Source: an uncultured Flavobacterium sp.
GTDB lineage: Bacteria > Bacteroidota > Bacteroidia > Flavobacteriales > Flavobacteriaceae
Assembly (NCBI GenBank): GCA_964485115.1
Contig: CAZAHJ010000003.1
Location: 3,229-67,228 of the forward strand
DNA length: 64,000 nucleotides
Reading direction: 5' to 3'
Made by a program: the position numbers and the translations under genes. The notes under the pieces were generated by a model. It ran no database searches. It was not told the DNA's origin and saw only the letters and a program-made list of their open reading frames with translations. Within the stretch, counting starts at the first letter, position 1. The number at the start of each line of letters is the position of its first letter. Of the stretch, positions 1-11,371 are shown one piece after another.

Positions 1-1853
<1,853 letters not shown>

Positions 1854-1991
1854 TCAATTTTGCTAAAATCGTAAATAGAATAGGGTTATTTTTTTAAGTT
1901 TACAATTGCAGACAATTTCATTAAGAATATTTTGGCTTTACTTTTCTCAAATTTTATGTTCCATTTTCGATTTATTTTGTCTCGAACCTTG

Positions 1992-1999
1992 TATTTTTG
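1992..1999 (+). promoter_or_regulatory. Candidate -7 box (TATTTTTG) for the ABC operon
   Basis: TAnnTTTG match 6 nt before ATG 2006. Confidence 0.4.
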
Positions 2000-2005
2000 A
2001 CCATT

Positions 2006-2671
2006 ATGGAAACCATGACTCTTTTAGAAACCAAAAATTTACGCTTTACTTATCCACAAGGCAATCATTTTCATTTTCCAGACATACAAGTACAAGCAGC
2101 AAATAGCTTTTTAATTTCTGGTCCCTCTGGAGTTGGAAAAACAACTTTATTGCATTTACTAGCTGGTATTTTGCAACCAACCGATGGTGAAATTTGGGTC
2201 AACCAAACCAATGTAGCATCTTTAGGAGGTAGAAAATTAGATGAATTTAGAGGTAAAAACATCGGATTGGTATTGCAACAAAATCATTTTATCCAATCGT
2301 TGAGTGTTTTAGACAATGTATTGATGGCAAATTGGTTGGCAACTCAACAAAAAAACGTACAAAAAGCAAAAGAACTTTTAGAAAAATTAGGGATTGCCTC
2401 TCAACAAAATAAAGCAACCTATCAGTTAAGTGTTGGTCAACAGCAACGATTATCGATTGCTCGAGCATTGATTAACGAACCTAAATTATTATTGGCTGAT
2501 GAGCCAACATCGAGTTTAGATGATCATCATGCCCAGTCTGTAATTGCATTATTACAAGAGTTGTCTGTTGCTTACGGAGCTTCCTTAGTAGTAGTATCGC
2601 ATGACCAACGTTTAAAAGAAGTCATAAAAGATACCGTAGTTTTATCCAACCAAATTTCTTCAAATTCTTAA
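2006..2671 (+). CDS. ABC transporter ATP-binding protein (MacB/LolD-like)
   Basis: Walker A GPSGVGKTT, signature LSVGQQQRL, Walker B LLLADEPTSSLD. The ORF opens at TTG 1997, but a TAnnTTTG box (1992..1999) overlaps that codon, so ATG 2006 (or 2015) is the likelier start. Confidence 0.85.
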   Translation: METMTLLETKNLRFTYPQGNHFHFPDIQVQAANSFLISGPSGVGKTTLLHLLAGILQPTDGEIWVNQTNVASLGGRKLDEFRGKNIGLVLQQNHFIQSLSVLDNVLMANWLATQQKNVQKAKELLEKLGIASQQNKATYQLSVGQQQRLSIARALINEPKLLLADEPTSSLDDHHAQSVIALLQELSVAYGASLVVVSHDQRLKEVIKDTVVLSNQISSNS

Positions 2672-2674
2672 GTC

Positions 2675-3886
2675 ATGATCGCAAAATTATCTTGGAAAAA
2701 CCTTTGGCACAAACCATGGAATACCTTACTTAGTGTTATTTTATTGGTATGTTCGATTGCTTTGATGACGGTATTGGTATTGGTACAGCATCAGTTTGAA
2801 GACCAATTTCAAAAGAATGTAGAAGATATTGACTTGGTTTTAGGAGCTCCCGGAAGTCCATTGCAGTTAATTTTATCTTCGGTATATCAAGTAGATGCCC
2901 CAACTGGAAATATTTCGTATGCAGAAGCAAAAACTTACATGAAGCATCCTCATGTAAAACAAGCCATTCCTTTGGCTTTTGGAGATAATTATGTTGGATT
3001 TAAAATTGTTGGAACTACTTGGGATTATGCCAAAAAGTACAAAGCTAATTTGCAACAAGGGAAAGCTTTTGCAAAAGATTTTGAAGTAGTGGTAGGAGCT
3101 CAAGTAGCCCAAAAACTTTCTTTGAAATTAGGAGATACTTTTTACGGAACCCATGGAGATGCCATGGAAGGGGAGGTACACGACAACCATGCTTACGAAG
3201 TAGTAGGAATTTTAGAAGAAAGCGGACAAGTAATAGACCATTTGATTTTGTGTACCATTTCTAGTGTTTGGAATATTCATGCAGAGCATGAACACCTAGA
3301 AGGCATGGAGCACGAAACTATGCAACTAACAGAAGATCAACAAGAGATTACTGCAGTTATGTTAACCATGAAAAACCAAATTGCCAAGCTTACTTGGCCA
3401 AGAATCATCCCACAAAACACTAAAATGCAAGCAGCATCTCCAGCCATAGAAATCAATCGGTTGTTTTCGTTATTTGGTATAGGATTGGAGGCACTTACTT
3501 ATTTAAGTTATGCTTTGTTGGTGTTATCTGGGTTGAGTATTTTTATTGCTTTATATAGTAATTTAAAAGAAAGACAATACGAATTTGCTTTGATGCGAAT
3601 TAGTGGAGCAAGGGCATTGCAATTGTTTTGGAGTTTGTTGCTTGAAAGTTGGTTTTTAACTTTCATTGGCATTCTTTTTGGTGCAATTCTAGGAAGATTG
3701 GCATTGGTACTATTGTCGTGGAGTACCGAAGAACAATTCAAATTGGTTTTTGATCCAAGCATGATTCTTTGGCAAAAAGAAGGAATGTTGTGGATTCTTG
3801 CTATTTTTGTGGGCTTTTTAGCAGCTTGTATTCCTGCAATAAAGGCCTATCAAATTCAGATTTCAAAAACATTAACACATGCGTAA
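2675..3886 (+). CDS. ABC transporter permease, FtsX/MacB-type, with His-rich extracytoplasmic loop
   Basis: 3-nt gap after the ATPase gene. One N-terminal TM, a roughly 230-aa loop, then three C-terminal TMs, which is FtsX/MacB topology. The loop contains HGDAMEGEVHDNHAYE and HAEHEHLEGMEHE. Confidence 0.85.
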   Translation: MIAKLSWKNLWHKPWNTLLSVILLVCSIALMTVLVLVQHQFEDQFQKNVEDIDLVLGAPGSPLQLILSSVYQVDAPTGNISYAEAKTYMKHPHVKQAIPLAFGDNYVGFKIVGTTWDYAKKYKANLQQGKAFAKDFEVVVGAQVAQKLSLKLGDTFYGTHGDAMEGEVHDNHAYEVVGILEESGQVIDHLILCTISSVWNIHAEHEHLEGMEHETMQLTEDQQEITAVMLTMKNQIAKLTWPRIIPQNTKMQAASPAIEINRLFSLFGIGLEALTYLSYALLVLSGLSIFIALYSNLKERQYEFALMRISGARALQLFWSLLLESWFLTFIGILFGAILGRLALVLLSWSTEEQFKLVFDPSMILWQKEGMLWILAIFVGFLAACIPAIKAYQIQISKTLTHA

Positions 3887-4472
3887 TATTTATATTTTTT
3901 TCATCGCATTTTTTGTGGTGTTAGGCCTTTTAGAATGGCAATTTAAACCACATGCCTCCAAAGTAGCTACCATGCAAAAACCAATGGAGCAAGCAGCTTT
4001 TGTGCATACCTCTGAAAAGACTTCCACTACCGATAAAGTAAGCATGGATGCCATGATGTTAGAGGCTAACTTATTGGACCAAGCAGGAGCCAAGGCAGAT
4101 ACCATTTCATGGAAATTGTTAGGGATAATCAAATACACCAAAAAGCCTCATCCAGACTTTGAAGAAGGAGTGATGTTTCCAATCATCAACTCTACTTTAA
4201 AAGCCAAGCAAGGTAAAAAAGTAGTGCTATCCGGATTTATTGTTCCGGTGGATACCAAAACATATGCACTAAGTAAAAACGTATTTGCAGCATGTTTTTT
4301 TTGTGGTAAAGCAGGACCGGAAACCATTACTGGATTAAAATTTAAGGGAGCAACTCCTAAACTAAAAACAGACCAATACGTAACGATTGAGGGTGTTTTT
4401 AGATACAACGATTCGGATGTAGATGATTGGATTTACCACATTGACCAAGCTGTAATTGCCAAAGGATTGTAA
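3879..4472 (+). CDS. Membrane-anchored DUF3299-like protein
   Basis: The ATG overlaps the permease 3' end by 8 nt. N-terminal TM/signal (IYIFFIAFFVVLGLL). The C-terminal pattern VVLSGFIVPVD...ACFFCG...YVTIEGVF resembles DUF3299 as I remember it. Confidence 0.6.
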   Translation: MRNIYIFFIAFFVVLGLLEWQFKPHASKVATMQKPMEQAAFVHTSEKTSTTDKVSMDAMMLEANLLDQAGAKADTISWKLLGIIKYTKKPHPDFEEGVMFPIINSTLKAKQGKKVVLSGFIVPVDTKTYALSKNVFAACFFCGKAGPETITGLKFKGATPKLKTDQYVTIEGVFRYNDSDVDDWIYHIDQAVIAKGL

Positions 4473-4492
4473 CATTTTTCAAAAGCTAGTTT

Positions 4493-5182
4493 TTGTTTAA
4501 ACATAAAAAACATTTGTTTTTTGATTTAGACCATACGTTGTGGGTTTTTGAAAAAAATTCTGCCTTGGCTTACGAAAGTATATTTGAAGAACGAAAACTC
4601 CCATTACACCTACCAAAGTTTTTAGAAGTTTATATTCCAACTAATTTAAAGTATTGGAAATTGTACAGAGAGGAAAAAATCTCTCAAGAGGATTTACGAT
4701 TTCATCGGTTAAAAGAAGTTTTTGATGCTTTAGATTTTACTTCCATTACCAAAAATGAAGTCATGGAAATTGCCCATGACTATATAGCTTATTTGCCAAC
4801 CTTTAATTATTTGTATGAAGGAGCAATAGAAGTATTGGAGTATTTGCAGCCAAATTACCACTTACATATAATAACCAATGGGTTTGCTGAGGTACAACAT
4901 CGGAAAATTCAACAATCGGGATTGGAACATTACTTTAAAACGGTAACCAACTCAGAAACAGCAGGAGTAAAAAAGCCAAATCCGCAAATTTTTCAAACGG
5001 CATTACAATTGGCAAAAGCCAACTTGCCAGAAAGTATCATGATAGGAGACAGCTTGGAAGCAGATATTGAAGGAGCTCAAAATTTTGGGCTAGATACCAT
5101 TTACTTCAATGAGTTTCAAATTCCGCATCAAAATCCAACCCCTCAAGTATTTCATTTATTGGAGTTGAAAGAGTGGTTTTAG
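4493..5182 (+). CDS. HAD-superfamily hydrolase (YjjG-like nucleotidase subfamily)
   Basis: Motif I FFDLDHTLW; ITNG...KKPNPQIF; GDSLEADIEGA. No in-frame ATG near the N-terminus, so TTG 4493 (or TTG 4514) is the start. Confidence 0.75.
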   Translation: MFKHKKHLFFDLDHTLWVFEKNSALAYESIFEERKLPLHLPKFLEVYIPTNLKYWKLYREEKISQEDLRFHRLKEVFDALDFTSITKNEVMEIAHDYIAYLPTFNYLYEGAIEVLEYLQPNYHLHIITNGFAEVQHRKIQQSGLEHYFKTVTNSETAGVKKPNPQIFQTALQLAKANLPESIMIGDSLEADIEGAQNFGLDTIYFNEFQIPHQNPTPQVFHLLELKEWF

Positions 5183-5183
5183 G

Positions 5184-5387
5184 TTAACTGATGTTTTTCT
5201 TCTTCTGTCGCAAAGCTAAAAATCCCATAATAGTGCCAAAAAGTAAAAAACTAACCAAAATTTTTACCCAACTCACCGATCCTTTGTCCCACCAATCAAA
5301 CAAACTTATGATAATGGCATAAGGTATGCCTGCATAAATAAATCCGGTAATAAATAGTTTTCTATTGTTAGGGGTTTCTTTTTCCAT
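5184..5387 (-). CDS. Small two-TM membrane protein, unknown function
   Basis: 67-aa ORF with two hydrophobic helices. It sits 1 nt downstream of trmD on the same strand. Confidence 0.5.
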   Translation of the reverse strand: MEKETPNNRKLFITGFIYAGIPYAIIISLFDWWDKGSVSWVKILVSFLLFGTIMGFLALRQKKKNIS

Positions 5388-5388
5388 G

Positions 5389-6063
5389 TTATTTCAATAA
5401 ATCGGGTCTTCTGTTTTGGGTATGTTCCCAAGCTTTTTGCTCTCTCCATGCATCAATTTCTTTAAAGTTTCCGCTTAATAAAACATCGGGTACTTTCCAT
5501 CCTTCATAATCCGCAGGTCGGGTATAAACAGGAGGAGCTAACAAATTATCCTGAAAACTATCTGTTAAAGCAGAAGTTTCGTCATTCAATACTCCCGGTA
5601 CCAATCGAATAATGCTGTCTGCCAAAACAGCAGCAGCCAATTCTCCACCCGAAAGCACAAAATCTCCAATAGAAATTTCTTTGGTAATCAAATGTTCTCG
5701 AACTCTCTGGTCAATTCCTTTATAATGGCCACACAACAAAATCAAGTTTTTTTGTAAGGATAATTGATTGGCCATAGGTTGGTTCCATGTTTCCCCATCC
5801 GGAGTTAAAAAAATAACTTCATCATAGGTTCTTTTGGCTTGTAACGCTTGTAAACATAGATGGATTGGTTCTATCATCAAAACCATTCCGGCACCACCAC
5901 CAAATTGGTAATCGTCTACATTTTTGTGTTTGTTGGTAGCATAGTCTCTTAAATTGTGGATTTCAACTTCTACCAAACCTTTGGAAATGGCTCTTTTTAA
6001 AATAGAATGTTCAAAAGGGCTTCGCAACAATTCCGGAACTACAGAAATAATATCTATTCGCAT
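5389..6063 (-). CDS. trmD: tRNA (guanine37-N1)-methyltransferase
   Basis: [11 protein letters not shown]...SILKRA...[13 protein letters not shown]...[13 protein letters not shown]...[11 protein letters not shown]. Typical TrmD over its full length. Confidence 0.95.
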   Translation of the reverse strand: MRIDIISVVPELLRSPFEHSILKRAISKGLVEVEIHNLRDYATNKHKNVDDYQFGGGAGMVLMIEPIHLCLQALQAKRTYDEVIFLTPDGETWNQPMANQLSLQKNLILLCGHYKGIDQRVREHLITKEISIGDFVLSGGELAAAVLADSIIRLVPGVLNDETSALTDSFQDNLLAPPVYTRPADYEGWKVPDVLLSGNFKEIDAWREQKAWEHTQNRRPDLLK

Positions 6064-6072
6064 AAGATGGTT

Positions 6073-6486
6073 TTATGAAGCGTTTTTTTGTGTTTCGATG
6101 TCCTCCAAATCTTTTAAGTGTAATTGCAATGCTTTTACGGAAATAGAAATTTCCCAAAAAGAAATTCCTAACGAAGTAAGCAAGCACAACAAACTTCCAG
6201 CAAAAAAATACAATCCTACCAAAGGCAAATTGAAAAACAAAACCAACATGTCCAATACACTCAAAAACAAACTAAATACACCAAATAATTGCATCCATCG
6301 GATGAGTTTGATGCGGAGGTTGAGGTTTTGAATTTGCAATAAAATGGATTTTTGTTGCTCCTTGTCAAAACTCGTTTTGAGTCCACGGATGATTTGTGCA
6401 ATGGTTAAAAACCTATTGGTATATGCCAGCAAAATCAAGGAAGTGGCTGAAAATAGTAAGGCAGGAGTTTCTACGGAGATAGACAT
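6073..6486 (-). CDS. DUF2721-like membrane protein
   Basis: PALLFSATSLILLAYTNRFLTIAQIIRGL N-terminal signature, followed by TM helices. Confidence 0.65.
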   Translation of the reverse strand: MSISVETPALLFSATSLILLAYTNRFLTIAQIIRGLKTSFDKEQQKSILLQIQNLNLRIKLIRWMQLFGVFSLFLSVLDMLVLFFNLPLVGLYFFAGSLLCLLTSLGISFWEISISVKALQLHLKDLEDIETQKNAS

Positions 6487-6503
6487 TAGTATAATTTATG
6501 ATG

Positions 6504-6511
6504 CAAAAATA
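6504..6511 (-). promoter_or_regulatory. Candidate -7 box (TATTTTTG) for the DUF2721 gene
   Basis: TAnnTTTG match 17 nt before ATG 6486. Confidence 0.4.
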
Positions 6512-6552
6512 AGGTTTTCCAATACAACCCTACTACCTTTGTTTTCTTAAAA

Positions 6553-7188
6553 ATGAAAAACATGCAACGTTGGCAACAACTCCCAAAGGTAGAGCAATGG
6601 AATGTGTTAACCCATTGGATTGGCATTCCACTTACCTTGATTGTTTGGTTTATTTGGATGCAACCTAAGTTAGAAAATATGACCAATAGTGCAAGTTTGG
6701 TGATATATGTAAGCTCAATGTTGTTTTTGTTTGCAGCTTCTGGTTGGTATCATTTTCAGATGGAAGACAACAGAAAACATCGGGCTCGAATATTAGATCA
6801 TATCGGAATTTTTATCTTGATTGCAGGCACTTATACTCCGGTTTGTGCTTTGGCATTACCGGAAGCAGTTGGTAAGAAATTATTAGTGATGGTGTGGAGT
6901 ATTGCTGCTATTGGTGTAATTAAAAAGATATTTTTTACCGGAAAATGGGGAAAGTTATCTCTGTTTATTTACTTGCTCATGGGCTGGTTGGTGGTTTGGG
7001 ATTTTCCAACTATTTGGTTAGTTTTTTCTACAGAAGCTTTGCTCTTTTTGGCATTGGGTGGGTTTTTCTTTACCGTTGGAGCAATTTTTTATGCCATCAA
7101 AAGCAATCCATATTTTCATGTGATTTGGCATGTGATGGTATTGCTAGGAGTTGCTTCGCATTTTGTAATGATTTATCTATTAACATAA
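6553..7188 (+). CDS. Hemolysin III / PAQR family channel protein
   Basis: 7-TM protein with SGWYH...RILDHIGIF..IAGTYTP...HV.VL motifs typical of the HlyIII family. Confidence 0.85.
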   Translation: MKNMQRWQQLPKVEQWNVLTHWIGIPLTLIVWFIWMQPKLENMTNSASLVIYVSSMLFLFAASGWYHFQMEDNRKHRARILDHIGIFILIAGTYTPVCALALPEAVGKKLLVMVWSIAAIGVIKKIFFTGKWGKLSLFIYLLMGWLVVWDFPTIWLVFSTEALLFLALGGFFFTVGAIFYAIKSNPYFHVIWHVMVLLGVASHFVMIYLLT

Positions 7189-7212
7189 AAATCCGCTCAG
7201 GAGCGGATTTTT
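7187..7212. terminator. Bidirectional intrinsic terminator between hlyIII-family gene and htpG
   Basis: AAAA-ATCCGCTC-AG-GAGCGGAT-TTTTT; the genes converge here. Confidence 0.7.
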
Positions 7213-7233
7213 ATGAAAGTATTTGAAGTTATT

Positions 7234-9117
7234 TTACGACAATCGTTCGAAACTTCTTTTTACAAAAGCGGTTAATTCTTCGCCTTTTAACAAACCTTGC
7301 GAAATTTTTGCCAAGTCTAATGCTTGTTTGATCAAAGTTTCTTTGGTTGCAGAATCGGACTCTTGTAAAATTTTTCCAGCTAATTCTGAGTTGGTGTTCA
7401 CTACCAAATTATACATGTCCGGGAAGTTGCCCATACCAAACATACCTCCACCGGTGGCACTCATTTCTTTCATTCTTCGCATAAATTCTGGCTGGGTAAT
7501 CATAAATGGAGATGCTTGGCTGTCCATTGCCTCCAATTGAATGTTGTAATTGGTTTTTGGAACAATGGTTTCTAAAGATGTTTTTAACTGTTCTTTTTCT
7601 TCGTCAGAAAGTTTAGAAATAACTGGTTCTTCTTTGGCAATCAACTTATCAATATGGTCTGCATCTACACGAGCAAAAGTCATTTTTTCGTTGTCTTGCT
7701 CCAATTTTTGCATCAAATGAGCTACAATCGGACTATCTAACAACAATACTTGGTAGCCTTTTTCTTTTGCAATATCAATATAGCTGTGTTGTAATTCCTT
7801 GTCAGATGCATATAAAACTACCAATTTTCCTTCTTTATCGGTTTGGTTGTCTTGAATAGCCTCTTTTAATTCCCCCAAAGTATAAAATTTGCCATCAACA
7901 GTTGGGTACAAGGCAAATTCACCTGCTTTTTCATAAAACTTAGGCTCTGAAAGCATTCCGTATTCCAACACAATTTTGATATCGTTCCATTTTTGTTCAA
8001 AATCTGCTCTATTTTCATTAAAAAGCGATTTTAATTTGTCAGCAACTTTTCGGGTAATATAGTTGGAAATTTTCTTCACATTGCCATCGGCTTGCAAATA
8101 AGAACGAGAAACATTTAATGGAATATCTGGTGAATCAATTACTCCACGCAACATTCCTAAAAATTCAGGCACAATTCCTTCTACATTATCAGTTACAAAT
8201 ACCTGGTTTTGGTACAACTGAATTTTGTCTTTTTGCAAGTGCATGTCTTGCGACATTTTTGGGAAGTATAAAATTCCGGTTAAGTTAAACGGATAATCTA
8301 CATTTAAATGGATGTTGAACAATGGGTCTTCGAATTGCATTGGATACAATTCTCTGTAGAAGTTTTTATAATCTTCTTCCTTCAAATCACTAGGTTGTTT
8401 GGTCCAAGCTGGATTTGGGTTGTTGATGATGTCATCCACTTCCACATATTCGGTTTTGTAGTCTTCCGGTGCATCTTCCGGTTTTGGCAAAGCCTCTTTT
8501 TTGGTGCCAAATTTGATTGGAACCGGCATGAATTTATTGTATTTTTTCAACAATTCACGAATACGAAATTCCTCTAAAAACTCTTCAGAATCTTCTGCCA
8601 CATGCAAAATGATTTCTGTTCCTCTATCTTTTTTATCATGGGTGTTTAAACGGAACTCCGGACTACCATCGCAAATCCAATGAGCTGCTGGTTCGTCTTT
8701 GTATGATTTGGTGATAATTTCTACTTGGTGGGCCACCATAAAAGCGGAATAAAATCCTAAACCAAAATGCCCGATAATTCCTGCATCTTTGGCAGAATCT
8801 TTATACTTTTCTAAAAATTCTTCCGCACCTGAAAAAGCTACTTGATTGATGTACTTTTCTACCTCTTCCGCAGTCATCCCTATTCCTTGATCGATGATGT
8901 GGATTTTTTTACCTTCTTTATCAATTTTAATTTCAATTCTAGGTTCTCCAATTTCCACTTTGGCTTCTCCGATATTTGCCAAGTGCTTTAATTTTAAAGT
9001 GGCATCGGTGGCATTGGAAACCAATTCACGTAAAAAGATTTCGTGATCACTGTACAAGAATTTTTTGATAAGTGGAAAAATATTTTCCACAGAAACATTG
9101 ATTTTTCCTGTTGTCAT
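7234..9117 (-). CDS. htpG: Molecular chaperone HtpG (Hsp90)
   Basis: 627 aa. FLRELVSNATDA (GHKL ATPase), IGHFGLGFYSAFMVA, and a full-length Hsp90 pattern. Confidence 0.97.
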   Translation of the reverse strand: MTTGKINVSVENIFPLIKKFLYSDHEIFLRELVSNATDATLKLKHLANIGEAKVEIGEPRIEIKIDKEGKKIHIIDQGIGMTAEEVEKYINQVAFSGAEEFLEKYKDSAKDAGIIGHFGLGFYSAFMVAHQVEIITKSYKDEPAAHWICDGSPEFRLNTHDKKDRGTEIILHVAEDSEEFLEEFRIRELLKKYNKFMPVPIKFGTKKEALPKPEDAPEDYKTEYVEVDDIINNPNPAWTKQPSDLKEEDYKNFYRELYPMQFEDPLFNIHLNVDYPFNLTGILYFPKMSQDMHLQKDKIQLYQNQVFVTDNVEGIVPEFLGMLRGVIDSPDIPLNVSRSYLQADGNVKKISNYITRKVADKLKSLFNENRADFEQKWNDIKIVLEYGMLSEPKFYEKAGEFALYPTVDGKFYTLGELKEAIQDNQTDKEGKLVVLYASDKELQHSYIDIAKEKGYQVLLLDSPIVAHLMQKLEQDNEKMTFARVDADHIDKLIAKEEPVISKLSDEEKEQLKTSLETIVPKTNYNIQLEAMDSQASPFMITQPEFMRRMKEMSATGGGMFGMGNFPDMYNLVVNTNSELAGKILQESDSATKETLIKQALDLAKISQGLLKGEELTAFVKRSFERLS

Positions 9118-9280
9118 AGTCCTTTAATTTTGTTTGTCGAAAGCAAGGCAAAACCAATACCAATTATAAAATTCTGACAAAATGTCTTGTTTTTTAAATT
9201 TCTATTTTTAACAAAATTTTGTTTAACTTATTTTATTAAATATTAAACAAAAATGTAATTTTACAAAAAATATTTATCTT

Positions 9281-9955
9281 ATGCCTGCAGCCATGAAAAA
9301 AACAATACAATGGGACGAATCCAGTATTTTAGAAAAATACATGGAACTATTTTTAGAGCAAGACCAAGCTTTGAAAAATGTGTACACTTTTTGTAAGAAG
9401 AATGAAATTTTGGAAAGTGAATTCTATACTTTTTATGCCAATTTAGATCAAGTAAAAAGTGCTTTTTGGACCAATTTAGTACAACATACCTTGCAGACTT
9501 TGGAGAAATCTGAAGATTTTTCCAGGTATGCTGCCAGAGAAAAAATGTTGAGTTTTTACTTTACCTTTTTTGAAAATTTGACTTTGAATCGCAGTTATGC
9601 GATTGCTGTATTGCCATCTGATTGGAAACACTGGAAAAATTGGAAACAACTACATACATTAAGAGAAGGTTATTTAGGATTTATAGAGGATGTAATGAGT
9701 ACCCAAACAACTGCGGTAGATGAAAAATTCAATAAAGTATTACATCCTTTATACAAAGAAGGTTTTTGGGGACAATTCTTGTATGTATTAAAATATTGGA
9801 TGGACGATACCAGCAAAGGATTTGAAAATACAGATATATTAATTGAAAAATCGGTGCAAGCTAGTTTCGATTTGGTACAAAATACACCATTGAATAGTTT
9901 GATAGATTTAGGGAAATTTTTGTTGAAAGATAAATTCCCATTTTCAAAAAATTAA
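9281..9955 (+). CDS. TetR/AcrR-like regulator (weak call) / conserved hypothetical
   Basis: N-terminal ILEKYMELFLEQ...NVYTFCKKNEILESEFYTFYANLDQV resembles a TetR-type HTH. The rest is helical with no further motif. Confidence 0.45.
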   Translation: MPAAMKKTIQWDESSILEKYMELFLEQDQALKNVYTFCKKNEILESEFYTFYANLDQVKSAFWTNLVQHTLQTLEKSEDFSRYAAREKMLSFYFTFFENLTLNRSYAIAVLPSDWKHWKNWKQLHTLREGYLGFIEDVMSTQTTAVDEKFNKVLHPLYKEGFWGQFLYVLKYWMDDTSKGFENTDILIEKSVQASFDLVQNTPLNSLIDLGKFLLKDKFPFSKN

Positions 9956-9979
9956 TTTTTTTTAAGCCAATCCATTGAT

Positions 9980-11293
9980 ATGAAAACCATCGATCACATT
10001 CCAACCAACAAATTAGGCAGAGCAGGACAACTTTTAAAAACAGGGGTAAAAGTTGGAGGGAATTATTTGGCTTATTATGGAGAAAAGTTAGTCAATAAAG
10101 AATTGACCAAAGATAAATTGCACGAAAACAATGCAGAAGATATTTATGATGGCCTAAAAAACTTGAAAGGCAGTGCCTTAAAAGTTGCTCAAATGTTGAG
10201 CATGGATAAAAGTATCATGCCACAACAGTTTGTAGAGAAATTTTCTTTAGCACAGTTTTCCGTTCCACCTCTTTCAGCTCCATTGGTAAGAAAAACTTTT
10301 AAAAGGTATTTTGGGGTTGATCCCAACCAAATGTTTGACACCTTTTCAAACGATTCTATTTATGCTGCAAGTATTGGGCAGGTGCATAAAGCAACCATAG
10401 GAGAGAAAAAATTTGCTGTGAAAATCCAATATCCGGGAGTGGCAGATAGCATTAGTTCGGATTTGGCTATGGTAAAGCCCATTGCCATGAGAATGTTTAA
10501 TTTACAAGGGAAAGATTCCGAAAGATATTTTAAAGAAGTAGAGCAAAAACTACTAGAGGAAACCAACTACGAATTAGAATTACAACAAGGTCAATTTATT
10601 GCAAATGCTTGTAAAGCAATTCCAAATTTGAAGTTTCCAAATTATTACAAAGAGTTTTCTAATGGCAAGGTATTGACTATGGATTGGATGGATGGGGTCC
10701 ACTTGTCTGAATTTTCTAAAAAAAATACCAATCAGGCATTGGCTAACCAAATTGGCCAAACGCTGTGGGATTTTTACATGGTACAAATGCATGGTTTGCG
10801 TCAAGTTCACGCAGACCCACATCCTGGAAATTTTTTGGTTGGGAAAGAAGGAACTTTAATTGCTATTGATTTTGGTTGTGTAAAACACGTACCGGAGGAT
10901 TTTTATGTTCCGTATTTTGAACTTTCAAAACCAGAAGTACTTTCCAATGCAAAACTCTTGGAAGAAAAAATGACCACATTAGAAATTTTGCGTTCTGATG
11001 ATTCTGCCGAGGACAAATTGTATTTTAAAGAATTATTTACCGATATGTTACAGGTATTTACCAAGCCATTCCATGGAGATACTTTTGATTTTTCAGATGA
11101 TATCTTTTTTACCAAGATGGCTCAGCTAGGAGAAACCTATGCCGGAGATACCAAATTACGAAAAATGAATGGCAACCGTGGTTCCAAACATTTCTTGTAC
11201 ATCAATCGTACTTTTTTTGGGTTGTATAGTTTACTACACGACCTAAAAGCAAAAGTACATACCCAAAGTTTTGTGCATTACTTATCTTCATAA
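9980..11293 (+). CDS. ABC1/UbiB (AarF) family atypical kinase
   Basis: AASIGQVHKA, FAVKIQYPGV, HADPHPGNF, IAIDFG motifs. Confidence 0.85.
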   Translation: MKTIDHIPTNKLGRAGQLLKTGVKVGGNYLAYYGEKLVNKELTKDKLHENNAEDIYDGLKNLKGSALKVAQMLSMDKSIMPQQFVEKFSLAQFSVPPLSAPLVRKTFKRYFGVDPNQMFDTFSNDSIYAASIGQVHKATIGEKKFAVKIQYPGVADSISSDLAMVKPIAMRMFNLQGKDSERYFKEVEQKLLEETNYELELQQGQFIANACKAIPNLKFPNYYKEFSNGKVLTMDWMDGVHLSEFSKKNTNQALANQIGQTLWDFYMVQMHGLRQVHADPHPGNFLVGKEGTLIAIDFGCVKHVPEDFYVPYFELSKPEVLSNAKLLEEKMTTLEILRSDDSAEDKLYFKELFTDMLQVFTKPFHGDTFDFSDDIFFTKMAQLGETYAGDTKLRKMNGNRGSKHFLYINRTFFGLYSLLHDLKAKVHTQSFVHYLSS

Positions 11294-11323
11294 TGCTATT
11301 TTGTTTATTTATTGGTTAGGTGA

Positions 11324-11367
11324 GTAAGGGCAGTCTCCACGTTTGAGTTTCTGCCCTTACTTTTTTT
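11324..11367 (+). terminator. Intrinsic terminator after the ABC1 kinase gene
   Basis: 10-bp stem GTAAGGGCAG / CTGCCCTTAC, 17-nt loop, then T7. Confidence 0.75.
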
Positions 11368-11371
11368 ATTT

